DNA of 64,000 bases from Alphaproteobacteria bacterium. Its GTDB lineage: Bacteria; Pseudomonadota; Alphaproteobacteria; RF32; CAG-239. Positions 1-9,691 of the stretch are shown one piece after another (the first letter of the stretch is position 1; each line of letters begins with the position of its first letter). The notes beneath the pieces are model-generated. The model did no database searches, was not told where the DNA came from, and saw only the letters and a program-made list of their open reading frames with translations. The position numbers and the translations under genes were made by a program. The stretch spans positions 53,132 through 117,131 of the forward strand of contig JAFUXF010000004.1 in NCBI GenBank assembly GCA_017477185.1, read 5' to 3'.

Positions 1-964
1 TTCTCTTATAATCATCGGGGAGAATATTAACATTTTTTTCGGCTTGTGTTTTGGCTTTTGATGTGTCTTTGAGGGCATATTCACCGGAAGATTTCGGGCG
101 GTAAGTTGCAGAGATGTATTGTCTTTTATCTTGCTCACTTAACTCAAATTCAGTATTTATGTATGCTTTTAGGTATTTTCTTTCAACATTTTGGCGACGT
201 TTGTTGTCCCAGACTTTTTCTGTTCTCATCATAACGTCTTTAAGAAGGTCAACTGTCAGGTATTTTTCATCGAGGCGAGCCAGAAGCTCCGAAATCCGGA
301 TATTAGTTTGCCCCATAAATTGACTTACCGCTAGTTTACGTTGTTCGGTGCTGAGGCCGTTGTAGTTCAATAAGTCACCCCGACCGAAAATTCTCTCCGC
401 AAAATGAACTTTATTATAAGCTCCGGGGCCGGTTACGTTTTGATTTCTCAATGCGTAACGCGTATAAACATCTAAAATGTCGTCCAAATCTTCTCTTTTT
501 TGCGGAGGAAGTGTTCGGATATCTTCTTGTTGTCCGGCAAGATGCCATTCTCCTAAATCGTAAGTATTATGGGCAACAATTGCCAGATTATCAGACATCG
601 GGCGAGTTTTAAGAGCTTCTCCTAACTTGTCATAAAAATACATATCACCGCTACCTCTGCCTGCCAGATAATAAACAGTCGCCGGAATTTGCGGGGCGGT
701 GGAAGCTAAATCAAAACATTCTTTGATACGGTTTTCATTGGAATAGAGAGTTTTTAGAATGATATAAGAAGCAGCGTCTATCTTTTTTTTATCATTGTGA
801 TTATCAGGAACAATATCAGCAAAGGGGACATCTTCGGCAAGGCTGAAGTTTGAGTATCCGGACGGCTGCTTTGAATTATTCAACCATTGCTTAAATTCCG
901 GCAGATTTTCTGGAGTGATGGTTAAATATTGGCGGTTAGCGGTAGCTTCTTCAAAAATGTTCAT
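1..964 (-). CDS. hypothetical protein (N-terminal part only; gene runs past window start)
   Basis: Uninterrupted minus-strand frame from ATG at 964-962 to position 1, with an AGGAGA RBS (complement of 971-976). Begins MNIFEEATANRQYL. No family motif recognised. Confidence 0.6.
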   Translation of the reverse strand, partial: MNIFEEATANRQYLTITPENLPEFKQWLNNSKQPSGYSNFSLAEDVPFADIVPDNHNDKKKIDAASYIILKTLYSNENRIKECFDLASTAPQIPATVYYLAGRGSGDMYFYDKLGEALKTRPMSDNLAIVAHNTYDLGEWHLAGQQEDIRTLPPQKREDLDDILDVYTRYALRNQNVTGPGAYNKVHFAERIFGRGDLLNYNGLSTEQRKLAVSQFMGQTNIRISELLARLDEKYLTVDLLKDVMMRTEKVWDNKRRQNVERKYLKAYINTEFELSEQDKRQYISATYRPKSSGEYALKDTSKAKTQAEKNVNILPDDYKR

Positions 965-1209
965 GGTTTATCTCCTTTATCCAATACAGACCCAGTATAA
1001 ACTTTATTAATAAATATAATATTAACATACTGTCAAAATTTTGTCAATTTAATTTCGTCTAATAAATTTGAAAAAGGAATTTTTTATAAATTAATGTTTT
1101 GAGATTAAAGTAAAATCAGTCCTTTGTGTGATTTTGCCATGTCACAAGCAGGTAATATTGCAAAAAGCGACAACTTTAAAACAGGAAAAGAGTAAGAAAC
1201 AGAATAAAA

Positions 1210-1710
1210 TTAAGCTCTGCCGATAGTTTCAAATTCTAACGGGTAGAGAGCTTGCCTCGGTTCCATGCCTTTAGTGAGTACAACATTAAAAATAGGATAC
1301 ATCCGTTCACATTCTTTAACAGCAATATCTGTAAGTTGAGAGATTTTTCCGGCAAATTCGGTTTCGGTATCCGTGACCATAAGAGAATGTTTGAAAACAG
1401 GCATTTTTTGCTCTGTCCAATATGAAAAATGTCCAACCCAAAGTTCTTCATTAACCAGAGCTAAAAGCTCAAAAATTTTGCTTCTGTCTTCAATAGTGCT
1501 TTCAATATCCATCAGGCAAGACAGGTGCAGACATCGCATATTTTCTTCCCAAGCAAAAAACAGGAGCATGTTGTTCCATTTTCCCTGAATTTCAATAGCA
1601 ACCTCGTTGTTGCTGCGGCGATCAAATTGATAATTTTGGGCACCGAAAATGTTTTCAACCGTATCAATCGGGTTGTAAAATTCTGAAATATAATTCTTTG
1701 CGAGGTTCAT
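1210..1710 (-). CDS. YbjN-like / T3SS-chaperone-like domain protein (tentative)
   Basis: Part of the ORF-track 182-aa frame. The internal Met at 1710 has a GGAGAG RBS 7 nt upstream. The pattern ...NPIDTVENIF...LHLSCLMDI...LALVNEELWVGHFSYW resembles the YbjN family by eye. Confidence 0.4.
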   Translation of the reverse strand: MNLAKNYISEFYNPIDTVENIFGAQNYQFDRRSNNEVAIEIQGKWNNMLLFFAWEENMRCLHLSCLMDIESTIEDRSKIFELLALVNEELWVGHFSYWTEQKMPVFKHSLMVTDTETEFAGKISQLTDIAVKECERMYPIFNVVLTKGMEPRQALYPLEFETIGRA

Positions 1711-1974
1711 GGAACTTCTCTCCGTTTTTTCTTTCGCGTTTGTTTCTGAAATCAGCATACAATTCCCGAGTCGTAGAACTCAATTTAATTTATAAAGTTT
1801 TCCACTATGCCGAGTCGGTTTTCTGTGGATTATTTTTATTTTTTATATTTTTCAATGAGTTATATTTTCGACTCGGAGAGAAAAATATTTTAGATGTGGA
1901 TATGTTTAGAATGTTAAGATATTGTTAGGAAAAGGATTCAAAGTGACTATGTCGCCGTTTTTTGAAACAGAGAG

Positions 1975-2775
1975 GTGTTGATGACAGGTTTAGCATATCC
2001 GGAGATATCACCGATTATTTTTGCTATCGGACCATTAGCGATACGTTGGTATTCTATGGCGTATTTGATTGGTATTATCAGTGCGTGGCTTTTGGTTAAA
2101 TGGCAAGTGAAAAAGTATAATATTCCGCTCACAAAAGAGAATCTTGATGATTTAGTCTTTGATGTGACAATGGGGATTATTTTGGGCGGTCGCTTGGGAT
2201 ATGTTTTATTTTATGGTGGAGAAATGTTTTGGGAACATCCGTTGCAAATTTTTGCTATTTGGAACGGCGGTATGTCTTTTCATGGTGGAATTGTCGGGGT
2301 CATTTTAGCTATTTGGTATTTTGCTTATAAAGTTAAAATGTCGTTTCTGAGTGTGACGGATTTGGTCGTGTTATATGTTCCGATTGGTATTTTTCTGGGG
2401 CGGTTAGCAAATTTTGTTAATGATGAATTATGGGGAAGAGTAACAGATGTTGCTTGGGCGGTGCGTTTTCCGAATGGGGGGTATTTACCGCGTCATCCTT
2501 CACAAATTTATGAAGCTATGACTGAAGGCGTCCTGATGTTTGTTATTTTGAACTGGTTGTGGCACTTTAAGACAGTGCGAGAGCATTCAGGGTTTGTCTC
2601 TGGTGCATTTGCTTTTTTGTATGCGTTATGTCGTTTAAGTATGGAGCCGTTTCGGGAGCCGGATGCGCAACTCGGGTTTATTTTTGCTCATGTGACTATG
2701 GGGCAGTTGTTGTCTGTACCGTTTTTAATTATCGGGGCTTGGGTTATGTTGAGAGCCTTTAAGCCTTTGAAATAA
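1975..2775 (+). CDS. lgt: prolipoprotein diacylglyceryl transferase
   Basis: 266-aa polytopic protein. Contains typical Lgt strings: GPLAIRWYSMAYLIGI, GGRLGYVLFY, WNGGMSFHGG, RHPSQIYEA. Confidence 0.9.
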   Translation: MLMTGLAYPEISPIIFAIGPLAIRWYSMAYLIGIISAWLLVKWQVKKYNIPLTKENLDDLVFDVTMGIILGGRLGYVLFYGGEMFWEHPLQIFAIWNGGMSFHGGIVGVILAIWYFAYKVKMSFLSVTDLVVLYVPIGIFLGRLANFVNDELWGRVTDVAWAVRFPNGGYLPRHPSQIYEAMTEGVLMFVILNWLWHFKTVREHSGFVSGAFAFLYALCRLSMEPFREPDAQLGFIFAHVTMGQLLSVPFLIIGAWVMLRAFKPLK

Positions 2776-3931
2776 GATTTTGAGTGAACTGATAGGTTTT
2801 TTGTAAAGTTTTGCGGGCGCGAACCATTACTTCGGTTGCGCTGGAATCGCTTCGCTTTTTTTCTGAAACACAACCTGATATTGTGATTTTAAGCCCTTTT
2901 TGATGATTAGAAAACATAAACTCAGAGGCGGCGATTTCTCGGCGAATATTATCAAGTTTTTCGAAACTTTGTTTTAAATTGTCATTTTTAAAAACGAGGA
3001 TGAATTCATCAACTGAGTAACGATACAAAGGATTGTCGTTTTCTAATTCACTCAGGCGCATTGCAAGCATTTTTATCAGTTTTTGTGTTTTGGTGTTGCC
3101 GAGAATTTTGCTTAAGTGTTCGTAATTATCCAAACAAATGACTGCCAGACTGTATTTCATCGGATATTTTTTTGATTCTTTTAAGTAAGCTCGTCGACTG
3201 GAGAGACCGGTTAAAAAGTCATGTCCTAAGGCATAACGGATGTTTTTGATAACTCCGATGAGGGTTGTCAATGCTGCTGCGCCGAAAAAAATACATAGGG
3301 CTGTAGAACTGGCGGAATAATAAAATCCGGCAAAAATGTTGATTGTACTGAAAAATAAGGCCGTTTCTTCCTGATATCCGGTTAAAGAGCATCGAATAAA
3401 TGCACTGATAATGACAATTAAAAACAACAGAATACTCAATGTATTTAAGTTAATACCGTCAACATTACTATTAAATGCAATAGCGAAATTGAGCCGATCC
3501 AAGTATTCGCCAATAGCTAGTTCCGTAAAAAAAATCAATAACAACCAAACAGTCGGTTTGGAGAGCAATTTATGGACGCGCCAAAAATAAAAAAAGCCTA
3601 AGTTAAGAGGGGCGAAAAAACACAAGTTAATGTATGCGGATGTACTCATGTAATCGAGGCTGTAATAACGTTTAAGACGGTTAATGATAATATAGCTGAA
3701 AATAATGGTTAGGATATAGAAAAACGGTTTACTGCGATTGAAACAAAATAATATGCCGAGACAAAGAAGATTAGCTCCCCAAAAAATAAGATGCAAATTG
3801 TGTCGTGCCGTAGGAGAAATCTCACCATATAAAAAGTATCCTAAAAATGCGCAGGCAAAAATTAGGGCAGGGAGTAAAGAGCTCTGTATCTGCGGAATAA
3901 TTAATTTGAGATTTCTTAAAAATCGGCGCAC
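2759..3931 (-). CDS. membrane protein with degenerate GGDEF (diguanylate cyclase-like) domain
   Basis: About 230-aa multi-TM N-terminus followed by HDFLTGLSSRR...RYSVDEFILVF. The GG(D/E)EF signature reads SVDEF and the upstream GH..GD motif is not visible. Confidence 0.6.
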   Translation of the reverse strand: MRRFLRNLKLIIPQIQSSLLPALIFACAFLGYFLYGEISPTARHNLHLIFWGANLLCLGILFCFNRSKPFFYILTIIFSYIIINRLKRYYSLDYMSTSAYINLCFFAPLNLGFFYFWRVHKLLSKPTVWLLLIFFTELAIGEYLDRLNFAIAFNSNVDGINLNTLSILLFLIVIISAFIRCSLTGYQEETALFFSTINIFAGFYYSASSTALCIFFGAAALTTLIGVIKNIRYALGHDFLTGLSSRRAYLKESKKYPMKYSLAVICLDNYEHLSKILGNTKTQKLIKMLAMRLSELENDNPLYRYSVDEFILVFKNDNLKQSFEKLDNIRREIAASEFMFSNHQKGLKITISGCVSEKKRSDSSATEVMVRARKTLQKTYQFTQNLISKA

Positions 3932-3978
3932 GCTTCCAACCTTTGTTTTATTTTAAGCGTATTGTAAAGCAGAACAGT

Positions 3979-5073
3979 TTAAATTTTGTTTACGCATTTT
4001 AAAATTGAGCTGTCACCATATGAATAAAAATGGTAATTGTGTGTCATGGCGTAGTGGTAAGCTGCTTTCATGCGTTCTGTTCCTGCAATGGCACAAATCA
4101 GCATAAACAAAGTTGATTTAGGTAAATGGAAATTGGTAATGATGTAATCAATGATTTTAAATTTGTATCCGGGAGTAATGAAAATGCTGGTTTCACCGGT
4201 AAACGGATGCAAAATACCTTTGTCATCTCCGGCCGTTTCAAGCAAGCGCAAAGAAGTTGTTCCGACGGCAACAATTTTCTTTCCTTGGCGTTTGGCTTCG
4301 TTAATGACATCGCAAGCCTCTTGATGAATTATTCCATATTCGGCGTGCATTTTGTGATCATCTGTGTCCTCTACTTTGACAGGCAAAAATGTACCGGCAC
4401 CAACATGAAGAGTCAGAAAAACTTTTTTGATCCCTTTTTTATCTAAAGCCTCAAATACACGATTGGTAAAATGTAGTCCGGCCGTCGGAGCGGCAACAGC
4501 TCCTTCATATTTAGCATAAATGGTTTGATAATTTTCTTTATCTGAATAACGGCTCCAAAGAGAGGTTTTTCCTTGAGTTGATGGCTTGTCTCTTTTAATA
4601 TAGGGAGGAAGAGGCATAGAGCCGTATTTTTCAAGCATTGGACCTAGGTTTTGCGGGGGACAATTAAACTTGAGACGGACACCATCATCTGCTTTTTTTT
4701 CTAAAATTTGTGCCGTGAAATCCGATTGTTCGGGTGAAATTTCGTCGGTATAAAAAGTAATGGTATCATCAATATGGAGACGTTTGGCATTTTTGATAAA
4801 AGCCCACCACTCAATGCCATCTATCGGATGATAAAGAGTTACTTCGACTTCGGCTTGGCCACGGCGAGCATATAACTTTGCCGGAATAACTTTGGTATCA
4901 TTAAAAACTAAAACGTCACCTTCTTCAAGTAAATCAGGTAATTCATAAAAAATGCGGTCATGGATTTCATCAGGATTGCTCAAGTCAAGTAATTTACAAC
5001 TGTCTCTGGGGTCAGCCGGTTGGTTGGCAATTAAGTTTTTATCCAATTCAAAGTCAAATATATCCACTTTCAT
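3979..5073 (-). CDS. queA: S-adenosylmethionine:tRNA ribosyltransferase-isomerase
   Basis: 364 aa. Begins MKVDIFDFELDKNLIANQPA and contains GAVAAPTAGLHFT and TNFHLPKSTL, which are typical of QueA. Confidence 0.9.
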   Translation of the reverse strand: MKVDIFDFELDKNLIANQPADPRDSCKLLDLSNPDEIHDRIFYELPDLLEEGDVLVFNDTKVIPAKLYARRGQAEVEVTLYHPIDGIEWWAFIKNAKRLHIDDTITFYTDEISPEQSDFTAQILEKKADDGVRLKFNCPPQNLGPMLEKYGSMPLPPYIKRDKPSTQGKTSLWSRYSDKENYQTIYAKYEGAVAAPTAGLHFTNRVFEALDKKGIKKVFLTLHVGAGTFLPVKVEDTDDHKMHAEYGIIHQEACDVINEAKRQGKKIVAVGTTSLRLLETAGDDKGILHPFTGETSIFITPGYKFKIIDYIITNFHLPKSTLFMLICAIAGTERMKAAYHYAMTHNYHFYSYGDSSILKCVNKI

Positions 5074-5148
5074 GCGTCTTAGTCCTTTATTTTTTCTTTC
5101 TTATAGTCTATAGAAAAAATAATTTCAATATTTATTACCGGAGACGTT

Positions 5149-5979
5149 ATGTTAAAGATTACTTATCAAGGAGTACAAGGGGCTTATTCTCATATTGCGG
5201 CGAAAAATGTGTTTCCGGAGGCAGAGTATTTGGCTTGTGAAACTTTTGAAATCGCTATGGAAAAGGTGCAAGAAGGAGAAGCTGATTATGCCATGATACC
5301 GGTTGAAAATTCGAATGCCGGACGGGTTTCTGATGTGTATTTTTTGCTGCCGAAAATGAATTTATTTATTGTTGATGAGTATTATCTGCGGGTCGAACAC
5401 CAACTTTTAGGCTTAAAAGGAGCCAAATTAGATGATATTGTATTAGCATCTTCTCATCCTCAGGCCTTGGCACAATGTTCGGAATTTCTGAAACGACATC
5501 ATATTCGTTCTGAGGCGCGGATTGATACCGCTAAATCTTGTGAGGATGTGTTGCGGTGGAATGATAAAGCCAAAGCGGCAATTGCTTCAAAATTGGCCGC
5601 GGAAATTTATGGTTTAGATATTTTGGCTTCTAATATTGAAAATGCCAATAATAATACAACGCGTTTTTTAGTGCTTTCGCGTGAGCATATTGTTCCTCTC
5701 CTGCAAAATGAAAAATATATGACATCGTTTATTTTTACGGTTAAAAGTATTCCGGCGGCATTATATAAAGCCTTAGGAGGATTTGCGACAAATGGTATTA
5801 ATATTCATAAATTGGAAAGTTATTTGCTTAACGGGAGATTTGTTTCGGCACAATTTTATGTTGAAGCGGAGTGCCATCCTGAAACACAGGCTTTTAAAAA
5901 TGCTTTTGAGGAATTGCGCTTTTTCAGTGAGGAAAAAGCGATTAAAATATTGGGAACATATCAACAAAAACAAAAGTAA
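5149..5979 (+). CDS. pheA: prephenate dehydratase
   Basis: 276 aa. Contains YQGVQGAYSH, PVENSNAGRV and NNTTRFLVLS (the TRF motif), plus a C-terminal ACT-like region. Confidence 0.85.
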   Translation: MLKITYQGVQGAYSHIAAKNVFPEAEYLACETFEIAMEKVQEGEADYAMIPVENSNAGRVSDVYFLLPKMNLFIVDEYYLRVEHQLLGLKGAKLDDIVLASSHPQALAQCSEFLKRHHIRSEARIDTAKSCEDVLRWNDKAKAAIASKLAAEIYGLDILASNIENANNNTTRFLVLSREHIVPLLQNEKYMTSFIFTVKSIPAALYKALGGFATNGINIHKLESYLLNGRFVSAQFYVEAECHPETQAFKNAFEELRFFSEEKAIKILGTYQQKQK

Positions 5980-6087
5980 ATTTTTTATTAAAAAAACTAT
6001 TGTACCGAATCGGATTTTATGATATATTTAAAAATGTTCCGAAGGTTGTGAAGGAACCATTTTATTCTCCTTTCATATGTATTCAGG

Positions 6088-6120
6088 CGGGGGCTGTTTG
6101 GGGCAGTCTCCGTTTTTTTT
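6088..6120 (+). terminator. Rho-independent terminator candidate downstream of pheA
   Basis: 9-bp stem cgggggctg/cagtctccg, including two G-U pairs, followed by a T8 run. Confidence 0.5.
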
Positions 6121-6197
6121 GTGTTTATGTGTGTTGTCGGGTTGATTTTTTGAGGAATATCTCTGAGAATATGCCTATTGTTTTAAAGGAGATAAAA

Positions 6198-7169
6198 ATG
6201 AAAAATATTTTAGTTATGGGAGGAGCCGGTTATATCGGTTCACATACGGTTAAGCACTTAATGGCACAAGGCTATCATTGTGTTGTTGCTGATAATTTGG
6301 TTTACGGGCATCGAGAAGCCGTTTTGACACCTGATTTTGAATTGGCAGATTTAGCCGATAAGCACTCTTTGACTAAGGTTTTTGATAAGTATCAAATTGA
6401 TGCGGTGGTGCATTTTGCGGCTTATGCCTATGTGGGAGAGAGTGTTGAAAACCCTCAAAAGTATTTTTATAATAATGTCGTCGGAACGTTGAATCTGCTT
6501 GATGTGATGTTACAGCATCAGGTCAAGAAAATTGTGTTTTCCAGTACATGTGCAACTTATGGAAATCCGCAATATATGCCTTTGGATGAAAAACATCCGC
6601 AAGCACCGATTAACGCTTATGGGCGGACTAAGTTTTTTGTAGAGCAGATTTTTAATGATTATGAGCGCGCTTATGGATTAAAACATATTGCATTGCGATA
6701 TTTTAATGCGGCAGGATGTTCGAAAGACGGAGAAATTGGAGAAAGTCATACGCCGGAAACACATCTTATTCCTTTGATTTTGAAAGCCATTAAAGGCGAA
6801 CGTGATTGTATTAAGGTATTTGGTACGGATTATGATACGAAAGACGGAACCTGTATTCGTGATTATATTCATGTTGAAGATTTGGCTGAAGCACATCGCT
6901 TGGCATTGGAAAAACTTGATGATTTCAGTGGTTGTATCAATTTGGGAACAGGTATCGGTACTTCCGTTAAAGAAATGATTGAAGCTGCGGAAAAAGTAAC
7001 GGGAAAGAAATGTCCGGTTGAGTATGGGGCACGGCGTGCCGGTGATCCGGCAAAGTTGTTTGCGGCGAATGAAATGGCTCGGCAAGTTTTGGGCTGGCAA
7101 CCGAAATACACAAAAATTGAAGATATTATCGCCACGGCTTGGAAGTGGGAGCTGAATAAGAGATTTTAG
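6198..7169 (+). CDS. galE: UDP-glucose 4-epimerase
   Basis: Start moved to the ATG at 6198, which has an AAGGAG RBS. Contains MKNILVMGGAGYIGSH (Rossmann motif) and YGRTK (YxxxK). The long upstream extension in the ORF track is non-homologous. Confidence 0.85.
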   Translation: MKNILVMGGAGYIGSHTVKHLMAQGYHCVVADNLVYGHREAVLTPDFELADLADKHSLTKVFDKYQIDAVVHFAAYAYVGESVENPQKYFYNNVVGTLNLLDVMLQHQVKKIVFSSTCATYGNPQYMPLDEKHPQAPINAYGRTKFFVEQIFNDYERAYGLKHIALRYFNAAGCSKDGEIGESHTPETHLIPLILKAIKGERDCIKVFGTDYDTKDGTCIRDYIHVEDLAEAHRLALEKLDDFSGCINLGTGIGTSVKEMIEAAEKVTGKKCPVEYGARRAGDPAKLFAANEMARQVLGWQPKYTKIEDIIATAWKWELNKRF

Positions 7170-7172
7170 AGA

Positions 7173-7202
7173 TAAAAAAAGAGGGAAAAATCCCTCTTTT
7201 TT
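7173..7202. terminator. bidirectional terminator between galE and the atp operon
   Basis: Stem agaggga/tccctct flanked by an A-run and a T-run. Confidence 0.6.
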
Positions 7203-7215
7203 AGATTGCCAAAGC

Positions 7216-7827
7216 TTAAATTGCTTTATCCAGTTTTTCGATCGATTTTTCAATTAAAGCATCTATCTCTTTATCACTCAAGTTCTGGGCAATCAGCTTG
7301 CGAGCTGCAGTGATACTTAAATTACCGGCAATTTCTGAAATTTCTTTAACCGCAGAATTTTTAGCTTCAGCTAATTTGTCGGCGACGTCTTTTTCTTTTT
7401 GAGCCATTTCTTGCTCCATGCGGCTGATTGAGGCTTTACGCATGTATTCAATTTCGTTTTGTGATTTTTTCAAAATGGTTTCAGCTTCTTTTTTGACATT
7501 CCTAAACTTATGTTCATAAGAAGCCAATAATTGTTCTGCATCATGCTGCAATTGCTCAGCATTATCGATGCGCTCACGCACACCGGCAATATGCTTACCG
7601 ATTAAGCCGCTGACTGCCTTAAAAATCGGTCGTGCCAATAACAATACTGTCAGCACAAATGCCATGGCAACCCAAAACTCGGCACCTTGATAAAACGCTT
7701 CATGCTCGTGACCGGTCGCAGCAGCAGCTGTTTCCTCCATCATTTCTGCCATGTTTTCTGCTGCGTTAAGTACAGCATTTTGGGTGGCATCAATCAAGTC
7801 TTTACCCGTGTTTAATTCTGTAGCCAT
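7216..7827 (-). CDS. atpF: F0F1 ATP synthase subunit b
   Basis: One TM helix followed by a long charged coiled coil. It is the last gene of the atpI-B-E-b'-b order typical of Alphaproteobacteria. Confidence 0.75.
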   Translation of the reverse strand: MATELNTGKDLIDATQNAVLNAAENMAEMMEETAAAATGHEHEAFYQGAEFWVAMAFVLTVLLLARPIFKAVSGLIGKHIAGVRERIDNAEQLQHDAEQLLASYEHKFRNVKKEAETILKKSQNEIEYMRKASISRMEQEMAQKEKDVADKLAEAKNSAVKEISEIAGNLSITAARKLIAQNLSDKEIDALIEKSIEKLDKAI

Positions 7828-7829
7828 TG

Positions 7830-8312
7830 TTATTTTGCCTCTTGTTCTATAATGTTTTTGATATCTGCGGTTTTGATGTTGCTAATGTTTAATTTGTGTA
7901 AAATTTCCATTGTAACTTCTGCTGAAACGGACTTAATTTCTTTTAGGGCAGCTTCTTTTTCGGAACTGATTTCCTGTTCGCCGAGTTGAATCTGTTTTTG
8001 GAGTTTTTTATCCAGTTCAGCTTGTTTTTTTGATATCACTTGATTGAGCTCATTTTTTGTTTCTTCCAAAGCGGCAGATGCTTGTTGCGAAGCACTGTTA
8101 AGTGCATCTTCATAGCGTTTAATGGCTGTTTCGGTTTTTTGCTGCAGCTCTTCGGCTTTGTGCAAATAGCTGTCAATTTTATTCTCGCGTTGTTGTCTGG
8201 TCTCAGCAATTTTAGGAATAATAAAATTCGACATGATAAACATCATGGCAAAAAAGCAGATAAGTAACCAGAATATCTGTGAAGCATAACTTGACGGATC
8301 TAATTGCGGCAT
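7830..8312 (-). CDS. atpF2: F0F1 ATP synthase subunit b'
   Basis: 160 aa. Begins MPQLDPSSYASQIFWLLICFF, then has a TM helix and a coiled coil. Lies between atpE and atpF. Confidence 0.75.
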   Translation of the reverse strand: MPQLDPSSYASQIFWLLICFFAMMFIMSNFIIPKIAETRQQRENKIDSYLHKAEELQQKTETAIKRYEDALNSASQQASAALEETKNELNQVISKKQAELDKKLQKQIQLGEQEISSEKEAALKEIKSVSAEVTMEILHKLNISNIKTADIKNIIEQEAK

Positions 8313-8387
8313 AGGGAACTCCTTATTTTAATGACATCTCTTCAGGCAGAGGCTCTATGACAAGCCTCCGCCGAAAAAGAGATAAGA

Positions 8388-8609
8388 TTATTTGCCTGTG
8401 AGCATAACCAAAGCGATAACTAAGGCGTACAAAGCAATAGCTTCAACAGCAGCGAAGCCTGCCCAGCCGTAGATATCGACATCTTTTTTGACTTGCGGGT
8501 TGCGTCCGACAGTGCTGATGATTGTTGTCCATACTTGAGACACACCCCAAGCAGAGGTCATCATTGCCAAAGCGCACATACCAGCACCGATATAAGCCAT
8601 AGGTTCCAT
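8388..8609 (-). CDS. atpE: F0F1 ATP synthase subunit c
   Basis: 73-aa two-helix proteolipid containing GRNPQ and AAVEAIALYALVIALV. Confidence 0.9.
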   Translation of the reverse strand: MEPMAYIGAGMCALAMMTSAWGVSQVWTTIISTVGRNPQVKKDVDIYGWAGFAAVEAIALYALVIALVMLTGK

Positions 8610-8652
8610 ATTCTTTCTCCTTTATAGTTGTTAAATGTTAAACATAATGATA

Positions 8653-9378
8653 TTAGTGACTGTGTAAAGCGTCACTTAAGTATATACAGCTTAAAACCGT
8701 ATATATAAATGCCTGCAGCAAAGCGATAAATATTTCAAAAACAATGATGCAGCCATCAAATGACAATGGGATAATGCCGCCAATAATACCTAAGGGGACG
8801 ACAAATCCGCCGATAATTTTTAACATAATGTGTCCGACGGTCATGTTGGCGACCAAACGGACTGTCAAGCTAAATGGTTTTGATAAGAACGAAATCGTTT
8901 CAATCGGGATAATTAACGGGGCTAAGGCAAACGGAATACCTTTAGGGAAGAATGTTCTGAGCCACCCGAATTTCTTTTTCTTGATGCCGATGCAAATGTT
9001 GAAAGCTAAAGCGATTAGAGATAATCCGCCAACAGCTGCCAAATGCGAGGTGTAAGTAAATGCATACGGGAATAAACCCAATAAATTACCAAATGCGACA
9101 AAGATAAAAATTGAGAAAATCAAACTGAAATACTTTAAGCCTTCGGCGCCGACATTTTCACGGATGAGGTTTGAGATAAAAGCATATATTCCTTCAGGAA
9201 TGCATTGTGCTTTTGTCGGAACAATACTACGTTTGCGTAGGCATAAAGCAAAAATTGTTGTGGCGCAAACAACTGAAAGTACCATAAATAAAGATGAATT
9301 GGTAAATGAAATGTCATATCCTCCGACTTCTAGAGGAATAAGCGGCTTTACTGAAAATTGTTCCATAGGGTTAGACAT
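8653..9378 (-). CDS. atpB: F0F1 ATP synthase subunit a
   Basis: Polytopic protein containing LSLTVRLVANMTVGH (the conserved Arg helix). Start placed at MSNPMEQF (9378), directly after the atpI stop. Confidence 0.85.
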   Translation of the reverse strand: MSNPMEQFSVKPLIPLEVGGYDISFTNSSLFMVLSVVCATTIFALCLRKRSIVPTKAQCIPEGIYAFISNLIRENVGAEGLKYFSLIFSIFIFVAFGNLLGLFPYAFTYTSHLAAVGGLSLIALAFNICIGIKKKKFGWLRTFFPKGIPFALAPLIIPIETISFLSKPFSLTVRLVANMTVGHIMLKIIGGFVVPLGIIGGIIPLSFDGCIIVFEIFIALLQAFIYTVLSCIYLSDALHSH

Positions 9379-9379
9379 T

Positions 9380-9682
9380 TTATTTTTCCTTCCTGTCTTG
9401 GTTTTTGACAAAGCGATATACATTTAAAAATCCGGCGATACCACCCAAAATTAAAAAAATAATGAGCTGTAATGGCGCGGTGTTACATAATTTATCCAAC
9501 AAGTATCCCAAACCGGCTCCAACCAATACACCGGAGACCAGCTCTGCGGCAATCCGAGATCCGACTTGATAAGCATAGATAAATTGCTTTTCTTGCGATT
9601 CTTCTGCTCTTTTACCATTTGTGGTTTTGAGCTTTTGAATCCGTTTTTCAATTTGTTGTATGTCGTCCGGCTTTGAGGTCAT
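9380..9682 (-). CDS. atpI: ATP synthase protein I (AtpI/AtpZ family)
   Basis: 100-aa small two-TM protein immediately upstream of atpB. Confidence 0.6.
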   Translation of the reverse strand: MTSKPDDIQQIEKRIQKLKTTNGKRAEESQEKQFIYAYQVGSRIAAELVSGVLVGAGLGYLLDKLCNTAPLQLIIFLILGGIAGFLNVYRFVKNQDRKEK

Positions 9683-9691
9683 CCTGTTATC

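Noticed and set aside
114-323. 69-aa plus-strand ORF at the window start
   Set aside because: It lies antisense within the long minus-strand ORF 1-964 and has no RBS.
6000-6197. 66-codon N-terminal extension of galE in the ORF track
   Set aside because: The extension spans the pheA terminator hairpin and a T-run. The conserved Rossmann N-terminus begins at the ATG at 6198, which has an AAGGAG RBS.
6678-7253. 191-aa minus-strand ORF across the galE 3' half and the terminator
   Set aside because: It is antisense to galE, crosses the bidirectional terminator and has no RBS or recognisable motif.
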